The translations under genes were made by a program, and so were the position numbers. DNA of 45,628 nt from Nitrospirota bacterium (GTDB taxonomy: Bacteria; Nitrospirota; Thermodesulfovibrionia; Thermodesulfovibrionales; SM23-35): positions 1-45,628 of the forward strand of contig JAZDLE010000027.1 of NCBI GenBank assembly GCA_043802315.1, read 5' to 3'. Shown piece after piece: positions 7,766 through 14,840 of this stretch. Under the pieces are notes generated by a model. The model searched no databases and had not been told where the DNA came from. It saw only the letters and a program-made list of their open reading frames with translations. The stretch's first letter is position 1. Each line of letters begins with the position of its first letter.

Positions 7766-8302
7766 ATGAAAATTCCATTACAAATCACCGCCCGCAATCT
7801 TGACCTTGCAGAAGTGTTCAAGGAAGAAATCCGAAAGAAAGCTGAAAAGTTAGATAAATATTACGACCAGATCATGCGCTGCAAGGTTGTGGTAGAAGTT
7901 CCCCATCGCCACTCCCATGAGGGAATATTGTATAAAGTGCATATCCACATGACAGTACCCGGAACTGAACTGGTCGTGGAACGCGAACTTGCCGAAGACC
8001 TCGAAGTAGCAATCAGAGACGCTTTTGATGCAGCACGCCGCAAATTGGAGGATTTTGCCAGACGGCAGCGCGGTGCTGTAAAACACCATGAAGAATCACC
8101 TCATGCACACATTAGTGCCCTGTTTCCGGATAAGGGTTATGGCTTTCTCAATACATTAGACAACAGGGAGATCTATTTTCATGAACACAGTGTTCTGAAC
8201 TATGATTTTAAACACCTTAAGGTAGGGATGAAAGTGCGTTTTGTAGAAGAACAGGGTGTGAAGGGCCCACAGGCCAGTTCTTTAACAGTTATAGAACACT
8301 GA
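7766..8302 (+). CDS. HPF/RaiA (S30AE) ribosome-associated domain fused to a C-terminal cold-shock (CSD/OB) domain
   Basis: N-terminus MKIPLQITARNLDL...KLDKYY...VVVEV is HPF-like. C-terminus FPDKGYGFL...IYFHEHSV...GMKVRFVEEQGVKGPQA matches the CspA RNP motifs. Confidence 0.8.
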   Translation: MKIPLQITARNLDLAEVFKEEIRKKAEKLDKYYDQIMRCKVVVEVPHRHSHEGILYKVHIHMTVPGTELVVERELAEDLEVAIRDAFDAARRKLEDFARRQRGAVKHHEESPHAHISALFPDKGYGFLNTLDNREIYFHEHSVLNYDFKHLKVGMKVRFVEEQGVKGPQASSLTVIEH

Positions 8303-8359
8303 TACTTACAGGGAAAGTTTCAGGGGCCTGATGTATTTACCTAATCCTGCTATCTATTC

Positions 8360-9415
8360 TTAGCTCAGAAGAACACTTTCGAGAACTTTGTTCCTTGCGT
8401 CTCTCTGTGTTTGATCTGTGCTTGCCTGAACCAAATTTCTCAAGTAAATGTAGGTTTTGGAATAAGTGGCGCCCTCATGTTCTTTTAAGAATTTATCGAG
8501 ATCTTTCTCTTTAGCCAGAGTTTCTACTTTAGACATGAGATCTGCATATCTTTCAGCTATAACGTTCGGATGTTGTAAACGAGGCTGATTCAGAACGACA
8601 AAAGCCCATAAGCTATAAAAATTTCCTAATCCTCTTGCATATTTAGTAACAGCAGAATTGTGATTCTCCATATGCAAAAGATAGTCTTTTGCAAATGCTA
8701 ATTTGCTCTTAAAATCTTCTTCAGAAAAATCTGGTAACGTCTCATGTGGCGAATCATATTCTGCGTATGTATTATCAATGGAGTCCTGATCAAAGCCATT
8801 GATACGATTTTTCAGAATAATCATCAAAAGCTCGGAGATAAATTGAATATCTTTCATTCTTTTCATTCTTGCTTTGGTAACAACCCCAAACCGTTCCCAT
8901 TCGTCCTTTTCTGACTCTGTTTCTGCGGTCGTTATGAACCAACCATCATATTTCGCATGCCTCAATTCCTGTCGTTCAAGCCTCCGTGAAATCCTGTTGA
9001 GACGATCAAATACCTCATTGACATAGTTTCCATCAATGGAATCGATAAACTCAACGGCTAACAGATAATTCGAAAAACGCGTCTTAAGCCCTGGATCATT
9101 CTCTATACTCTTCCATTTTTTCCCGTCCAGTTTTGCATCTCCATAGTCCTTGTCCATCGCGATATCATTCTTTGCGAAACGGATAATGGTTTCTAACCGT
9201 TGTTTACCATCCACGACATGGTATATGAGCTTTCCAGCATTTTCTTTTATTTCCTTATGGATGAAAACTGCTGGACATGGGTAATTCTTAAAAATGGTAT
9301 CAAGAAAAAACTTTCGATCTTTTAACGTCCACACACTCCTTCGTTGGTATGATGGATCCAAATCCAATTGTCCATTTCGATAAAGATCAAGAAACCAAGT
9401 AACATCTTTCTTCAT
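8360..9415 (-). CDS. stand-alone DUF262 (ParB/GmrSD N-terminal-like) protein
   Basis: LDPSYQRRSVW and VVDGKQRLETI motifs. At 351 aa, no DUF1524/HNH-type C-terminal domain is recognisable. Confidence 0.75.
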   Translation of the reverse strand: MKKDVTWFLDLYRNGQLDLDPSYQRRSVWTLKDRKFFLDTIFKNYPCPAVFIHKEIKENAGKLIYHVVDGKQRLETIIRFAKNDIAMDKDYGDAKLDGKKWKSIENDPGLKTRFSNYLLAVEFIDSIDGNYVNEVFDRLNRISRRLERQELRHAKYDGWFITTAETESEKDEWERFGVVTKARMKRMKDIQFISELLMIILKNRINGFDQDSIDNTYAEYDSPHETLPDFSEEDFKSKLAFAKDYLLHMENHNSAVTKYARGLGNFYSLWAFVVLNQPRLQHPNVIAERYADLMSKVETLAKEKDLDKFLKEHEGATYSKTYIYLRNLVQASTDQTQRDARNKVLESVLLS

Positions 9416-9760
9416 TGTCTTTCTCCTCCACCGTCAGTTTTATTTCAAAATATTTTTCCCCTTGAATATTTAAGCATCCCGTCACAATATTGTCAATGCC
9501 TTCACATGTTGATTTCTTATCATGAATATTATTGAAATTATGTTCTTATCTTTTCCTCATGAAAGACAGCATTCATAAAATTAAAGCATGTAATTTTTAA
9601 TCGGAAAGCGAGCGACGAGATTTAAAACTTTAGTTTTAAAAAATTTAAAACCTTTTCCTCATTGACAAATTCTTCGCTCAACAAACACAATTTATTAATA
9701 ACTATTAAGTTGGAGGAGCCCCCGAGGATTGGGGCATTTCGATAGAGGGAACTTTCTAAG

Positions 9761-9820
9761 AATGGGCAGGGGGGGGCAGTCTTTCCCAGCCTTTCAAGCC
9801 CTTGCTTTCCCCTGCCCATT
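9761..9820 (-). terminator. 12-bp stem hairpin downstream of the nitrilase-family gene
   Basis: AATGGGCAGGGG at 9761-9772 pairs with CCCCTGCCCATT at 9809-9820. Long loop and weak T-tract. Confidence 0.3.
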
Positions 9821-9852
9821 TTAAAATATTACTCCGTACCTATTGAACTCAG

Positions 9853-10668
9853 TCAATCCTTGAGATTTTTTGCTGTTATATTCGAATACATTTCAGGTCT
9901 TCTGTCATCAAAAATGTTGTTGAGAGAAGTCAGGGATTTGTTTCTTGCTAATTCAGGCTCAATGTCTGTAATCAGTAAAACCTCATCATTTTCCGAAGCC
10001 CTGATAAGAACCTTTCCTTCTGGTGAAACAATCAGGCTTTGCCCTATAAACCTCAGAGATTGTCTCTCTTTTCTATTTTCCTCTCCGATCCTGTTTGCGG
10101 TTATAGCATATGTTCGGTTTTCAAGACACCTTACGGGCATAGCATAGGGACAATAGGGCAACACAAGATTTGAAGGATGTGCAACGATGTCTGCTCCCAT
10201 AAGAGCAAGGGCTCTCATGGATTCGGGAAAGAACCAATCAAAACATATCATAACACCTATACGGCCTATCTCGGTATCCCAGACCTTGAATCCGGTGTCA
10301 CCAGGACTGAAAAAGAGCTTTTCTTCAAAAAAGAGGTGCGTTTTACGATAAACCCCTATAACTCCATCTGGACCTGTAAGAACTGCACTATTAAAAAATC
10401 TATCCCCATCTTTTTCTGGAAGACCGGCTACAATATATAAGCCTTTCTGACGAGATAGTTCTACAAGGAGTTCAGTTGTGTATCCTTCTGGTATCCGCTC
10501 TGAAAGCTCTGCAACTTCATCTTTTGAAACAAATTGATATCCTGTAGCAAAAAACTCTGGAAGAACGATGAGATCTACATCAGTATCTCTTACCGCAGAC
10601 AGGACCCTCTTCAGATTTCCCTCTTTGTTGCCAAAGGCAGGCGAAAATTGATAAAACCCTGCTTTCAT
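9853..10668 (-). CDS. carbon-nitrogen hydrolase (nitrilase superfamily) protein
   Basis: LIVLPEFF (Glu), YRKTHLF (Lys) and VMICFD (Cys) catalytic triad context. Confidence 0.85.
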   Translation of the reverse strand: MKAGFYQFSPAFGNKEGNLKRVLSAVRDTDVDLIVLPEFFATGYQFVSKDEVAELSERIPEGYTTELLVELSRQKGLYIVAGLPEKDGDRFFNSAVLTGPDGVIGVYRKTHLFFEEKLFFSPGDTGFKVWDTEIGRIGVMICFDWFFPESMRALALMGADIVAHPSNLVLPYCPYAMPVRCLENRTYAITANRIGEENRKERQSLRFIGQSLIVSPEGKVLIRASENDEVLLITDIEPELARNKSLTSLNNIFDDRRPEMYSNITAKNLKD

Positions 10669-10740
10669 CTCATACCCCTTTAAATCAATGTATTACTCAT
10701 AAAATATACAACATTTTTACCCAAATCCACGATAAGTATT

Positions 10741-10818
10741 GTCAGTGCGAGCGAAACGAAGCAATCTTTCTTTTTTGCTCATGAGATTGCCACGCACCCT
10801 TTGGGTGCTCGCAATGAC
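10741..10818. repeat. GC-rich nested palindromic element (GTCAGTGCGAGC...GCTCGCAATGAC)
   Basis: Outer arms 11 of 12 complementary. Inner GCAATCT/AGATTGC and GCACCC-ttt-GGGTGC stems. Confidence 0.6.
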
Positions 10819-10923
10819 ACGTAAATAAACGTTTTAACATGGTTATCACTGGATCTGGGGTTTAATAAATTTAGTTTCCTCTCATTGACCTATTGGCATG
10901 CGATTACTACAATATTTGAAGAT

Positions 10924-11589
10924 ATGGATATACGAAAATTTCTCTCAAATATATTCTTATTCAGTTCTTTTGCGGAAAAGGAGCTAAATCTCCTTGAATC
11001 TTCTACCTCTTTAAAGAAAGTTGGTAAAGGAGAACAGATATTTTCAGAAGGACTGGATGCAAGCGCATTCTTTATTGTTGTTTCTGGGAAGGTTAAAATC
11101 TATAAAGTCTCCCCTGATGGTAAGGAACATACTTTGCATATCCACGGGCCTGAAGACCTTGTGGCAGAGGCTGCCATTTTTGATTCCATGCTCTACCCTG
11201 CATCCTGCATGGCTTTGGAAGATTCAACCCTCATACGTATTTCGAGAGAAGGATTTCTGAACCTCATCAAAAGGCATCCTGAGCTTTCATTAAAAATGAT
11301 GAGCAGTTATTCAAAGAGATTGAGACAATTTGTCTCAAAGATTGAGGAACTTTCACTAAAAGATATCAAATCAAGGCTTGCAAGTTATCTGCTCGAAAAC
11401 AGCACCGTTGAAAACGGCACTACTGTCTGCCGGCTCAAATATTCAAAAAAGGAGCTGTCCTCTCTGCTCGGGACAATACCTGAGACACTGTCAAGGTCTT
11501 TTGCCTTTTTGAAACAAAAAGGACTCATTGTTGAAAAGGATAGCCTTATTATCATCCCAGACCCCGAAAAATTAAAACTCTTTTCATAA
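10924..11589 (+). CDS. Crp/Fnr family transcriptional regulator (no FNR-type N-terminal Cys cluster)
   Basis: cNMP-binding beta-roll (FFIVVSGKVKIYK) and C-terminal HTH (ELSSLLGTIPETLSRSF). ATG 10924 preferred over TTG 10885. Confidence 0.85.
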   Translation: MDIRKFLSNIFLFSSFAEKELNLLESSTSLKKVGKGEQIFSEGLDASAFFIVVSGKVKIYKVSPDGKEHTLHIHGPEDLVAEAAIFDSMLYPASCMALEDSTLIRISREGFLNLIKRHPELSLKMMSSYSKRLRQFVSKIEELSLKDIKSRLASYLLENSTVENGTTVCRLKYSKKELSSLLGTIPETLSRSFAFLKQKGLIVEKDSLIIIPDPEKLKLFS

Positions 11590-11879
11590 TGAAAATTAGT
11601 TAGAAAGTCTAGACAGCAACTTATTCCCAGATCCAGCTCAAGAAGTTGCCATTCAGCATAACCATCTTTTTTTCTGGTAAGTCTCCCGCCTTTCAATGAT
11701 ATCCTATTTGTAACTGGATGGGTCTTAACGGTAATATATGCCCTTACAAGATTTGCAATCGTAGCTTCTTGAAATGTAAGTTCCTCACCATCCGTGAGTA
11801 TAATTGTAGTCCTGATATGCTTATGTCCTTCTAGAATTTCAACAATCAATTCCTTCACATCCTCATTGCTTACTACCAT
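11385..11879 (-). CDS. hypothetical protein; the 3' 205 nt run antisense through the end of the Crp/Fnr gene
   Basis: Strong AAGGAGG RBS 6 nt before the ATG. The first ~85 aa look protein-like. The C-terminal ~70 aa are Ser/Phe-rich and look like antisense read-through. Confidence 0.45.
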   Translation of the reverse strand: MVVSNEDVKELIVEILEGHKHIRTTIILTDGEELTFQEATIANLVRAYITVKTHPVTNRISLKGGRLTRKKDGYAEWQLLELDLGISCCLDFLTNFHYEKSFNFSGSGMIIRLSFSTMSPFCFKKAKDLDSVSGIVPSREDSSFFEYLSRQTVVPFSTVLFSSR

Positions 11880-11995
11880 AGAAAACCTCCTTAGTCTTTC
11901 CTGCTAATCTCTTAGAATCCTCTGAGAGTATGAGTCCACTATTTTTTCGTTATCTCAGATAAATCTCTTTGGCCGTAACATTTTAATTCCCTCCC

Positions 11996-12009
11996 TTGAC
12001 TTAAGTCAA
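11996..12009. promoter_or_regulatory. perfect Crp/Fnr-type palindrome TTGAC-TTAA-GTCAA in the divergent promoter region
   Basis: 14-bp perfect inverted repeat centred about 66 nt upstream of the ferredoxin-like ATG and about 30 nt upstream of a TATTCT -10 candidate. Lies next to the Crp/Fnr regulator gene. Confidence 0.5.
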
Positions 12010-12068
12010 AGACTCTCATCCTTATTTGATGTATTCTGAAACTAAAGAATTCAGAAAGGAGTTAAAAA

Positions 12069-12824
12069 ATGAAAAGGAAGATAATCACAATTAATGAGGA
12101 ACTCTGTGATGGCTGTGGGAATTGTGTGAGCGCTTGCTCAGAGGGTGCATTACAGATCGTTGATGGAAAAGCAAAACTCGTAAAAGAAGATTTCTGTGAT
12201 GGGTTCGGGGACTGTATCGGGGAATGCCCAACAGGTGCATTAACCATAAAGGAAAGGACATCAAGACCCTTTGACGAAGAGGCAACAAAAGAATACCTCT
12301 TGAAAACACGGGGTAAAGAAGCAGTATGGAAGATGGAAGAGGCACAGAAGAAACACTCTGTCAAAGAACATTCAGCCCTGCCATGTGGCTGTCCAGGAAC
12401 TTTTACTCAAACACTCAACAGGGCAGTAGCAGCTAATACCTTTAGCCATCAAGAAATAGAATCTCAGCTCATGAACTGGCCTGTCCAGATAACCTTGCTT
12501 CCTCTTAAGGCACCATACTACGAAAATGCAGATTTACTGGTTGCTGCTGACTGCTGCGCTTATGCATATGGAAGGTTTCACAGCGACTTTATTAAAAATC
12601 ACACACTGGTAATCGGCTGCCCCAAACTTGACAATGCCAATGCCTATAAGGAAAAACTGGCTACGATATTCAGCGAAAACAATATCAAATCTGTGACTGT
12701 AACCTATATGGAAGTGCCTTGCTGCATGGGGCTTCTGAGATTGGTCGAGGAGGCAGTAAAAGAGAGCGGAAAGGATATCCCTATAGAGAAAATAAAGATA
12801 GGTATTAGAGGTGACCGCTCGTAG
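12069..12824 (+). CDS. ferredoxin-like 2x[4Fe-4S] protein with Cys-rich C-terminal domain
   Basis: CDGCGNCVSAC and CDGFGDCIGECP cluster motifs; C-terminal CCAYAY...GCPKLD...EVPCC. Confidence 0.8.
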   Translation: MKRKIITINEELCDGCGNCVSACSEGALQIVDGKAKLVKEDFCDGFGDCIGECPTGALTIKERTSRPFDEEATKEYLLKTRGKEAVWKMEEAQKKHSVKEHSALPCGCPGTFTQTLNRAVAANTFSHQEIESQLMNWPVQITLLPLKAPYYENADLLVAADCCAYAYGRFHSDFIKNHTLVIGCPKLDNANAYKEKLATIFSENNIKSVTVTYMEVPCCMGLLRLVEEAVKESGKDIPIEKIKIGIRGDRS

Positions 12825-12831
12825 TCATTTT

Positions 12832-12998
12832 ATTTCCCCTCCATTGATGGGAGGGGAAATCTACTTCCTCTCCCCTGGTGGGAGAGGGCAAGGGTGAGGG
12901 GGTGTGGTTTTACTTATGAACTCCTTAGTAAAGGAGTTAACCCATCTGCTATTTGTTGGTTCACCCTCTCCTTAACCCTCTCCCGTCAAGGGAGAGGG
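12832..12998. repeat. mosaic of C-run/G-run hairpin repeats downstream of the glcD-like gene
   Basis: Stems 12832-42/12850-60, 12867-74/12880-87, 12919-26/12931-38 and 12976-84/12990-98. The modules recur at 14517-14600 and 14755-14787. Confidence 0.7.
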
Positions 12999-13036
12999 AT
13001 TTTTGTATCCATACATTTCCCAGAAGAGCCAATTTT

Positions 13037-14395
13037 TTAGGGCGGGAACATTTTCCCAGGATTGAGGATATTCTTGGGATCAAACACATGCTTGATAGAT
13101 TTCATAATTGACAGTCCTGTTTCTGAAATCTCCATTCCCATATAGCGTGCTTTCGTCATCCCGACGCCGTGTTCTCCTGAGATAGTGCCGCCAAGCTCAA
13201 GGGTTTCCTTAAATACCTGCTCTACAAGCTCTAACCCCTTTTTGTATTCCTCTTTGTTTTTCCTGTCAACCATGATATTTACATGGATGTTACCGTCGCC
13301 TGCATGCCCGAAATTTACTATCTTTATACCCCTTTCCTCTGAGAGCCTCCTGAGGCGGTTCAGCATATCAGGTATCCTGTTTCGCGGAACAACAATATCT
13401 TCATTGATCTTTGTGGGGCTTACATGATAAAGGGCAGGAGAAACAGCACGCCTTGCCTCCCATAGTTTTTCCCGTGCTTCTTCATCCTCTGCCATCTTCA
13501 CCTCTGCACCGAGCTGCTTGCATATATCAGCCACCTTCTCCGCCTCTTTTGTAATCATCGATGGATAGCCATCAAGCTCTATGAGGAGAATCGCCTCCAC
13601 ATCTTGAGGAAGACCAACAGGCTTAAAATTTTCAACTGCCTTGATCGCCTCGCGATCCATAAACTCAAGTGTCCTTGGTATTATCTTGGAAGTTATAATC
13701 TTAGATACCGCATGGCCTGATGACTCAAGTTTATTGAACAGAGCAAGTAAGGTGATAACTTCTTCAGGCATGGGAAGGATCTTCAATCGTATTTTTGTAA
13801 ATACTGATAGTGTTCCCTCTGATCCAACAAGGAGTCTCGTAAGATCATACCCGACAACACCTTTTCGAGTCTTTACGCCTGTGGTTACTATCTTACCATT
13901 TGGAAGCACCGCCTCTATCTCCATCACATAGTCTCTTGTTACCCCGTATTTGATAGCCCTCGGACCCCCTGCATTTTCTGCAACATTTCCTCCTATCGTA
14001 CAGAAGTTCATACTTGCAGGATCTGGTGGATAGAAGAGACCCCTTCTTTCAAGATCTCGCTGGAGTCTCCCATTGATCAGGCCTGGCTCACAGAGGACAC
14101 AGAGATTCTCAGGGTCTACCTCGAGAATCCTGTTCATCTTCTCGAGACTAAGTATTATTGCTCCTGTTAATGGAATGGCGCCGCCTGTCATGCCTGTGCC
14201 TGCACCTCGAGGAACAACAGGAATGCCGGTTTCAAAGGCATACTCCATTACCTTTACAACATCCTCTGTATGTTCTGGCCAGACAACGGCTGAAGGAGAT
14301 GCCTCCAGACCCGAAGCATCAAAACCATAGCACAGAAGGTCTTCAGGAGCAGTTGATATTTTTATGTTCGGTAATTCATCTATGAGAGCGTTCAT
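13037..14395 (-). CDS. FAD-linked oxidase (glycolate oxidase GlcD-like subunit)
   Basis: FAD_binding_4 motifs (VVPRGAGTGMTGG) and C-terminal GGTISGEHGVG and DPKNILNPGK. Confidence 0.85.
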   Translation of the reverse strand: MNALIDELPNIKISTAPEDLLCYGFDASGLEASPSAVVWPEHTEDVVKVMEYAFETGIPVVPRGAGTGMTGGAIPLTGAIILSLEKMNRILEVDPENLCVLCEPGLINGRLQRDLERRGLFYPPDPASMNFCTIGGNVAENAGGPRAIKYGVTRDYVMEIEAVLPNGKIVTTGVKTRKGVVGYDLTRLLVGSEGTLSVFTKIRLKILPMPEEVITLLALFNKLESSGHAVSKIITSKIIPRTLEFMDREAIKAVENFKPVGLPQDVEAILLIELDGYPSMITKEAEKVADICKQLGAEVKMAEDEEAREKLWEARRAVSPALYHVSPTKINEDIVVPRNRIPDMLNRLRRLSEERGIKIVNFGHAGDGNIHVNIMVDRKNKEEYKKGLELVEQVFKETLELGGTISGEHGVGMTKARYMGMEISETGLSIMKSIKHVFDPKNILNPGKMFPP

Positions 14396-14840
14396 GTGAA
14401 AGTAACCTGACGATAAATTTAAAATTTAAAGATAAAAAGTAAAAATTTCAGTTCAAAAATCAAAAATCGTTACACAGAGGAAAAGTTACTTAACATAAGC
14501 AATAATTAAATTTATATCCCCTCACCCTAACCCTCTCCCACAAGGGGAGAGGGGCTCCTCTTTTATCTCCCCCTCCCTTGATGGGAGGGGCAAGGGGAAG
14601 GTGAATTATGTCAATTTATTAAATTCGTTTGTATTAATAAGACCATGTGTAAGGTCACATTTCTATAACTTTTTTTGTCATGCTGGCTTGTCCAGCATCT
14701 TTCTTGAATCCCGAAAGCATTCGGGACAGACAAGCTGGAATGACAGTAAATGTGGTCTTCCTTATGAACACCTTAGTAAGTTTCATATAATTTTAAATCT
14801 TGATTTGAATGTTTGAATTTTTCTCTTTGCATTTCAATTT
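14396..14840. repeat. composite repeat region between smc and the glcD-like gene: AT-rich arms enclosing GC hairpin modules
   Basis: 14517-14600 holds CCCTCTCCC-N5-GGGGAGAGG and CCCCCTCCC-ttgat-GGGAGGGG modules. 14677-14744 is a GTCATGCTGG...GGAATGAC palindrome. The flanks (14411-14470, 14786-14840) resemble the spc-operon spacers. Confidence 0.65.

Noticed and set aside
9622-9819. 65-aa ORF upstream of the DUF262 gene.
   Set aside because: No RBS. It spans the G-run/C-run hairpin at 9761-9820, and its composition is not protein-like.
12832-14600. Possible CRISPR array, suggested by the repeated GGGAGAGG/CCTCTCCC hairpins.
   Set aside because: The repeats differ in sequence and orientation. 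Spacing is irregular and very short, and no cas genes are present. They fit REP/BIME-like palindromes instead.
14601-14816. 71-aa ORF (…HAGLSSIFLESRKHSGQTSWNDS…).
   Set aside because: It is encoded entirely by the palindromic repeat at 14677-14744 and its AT-rich flanks. This is a typical repeat-derived pseudo-ORF.
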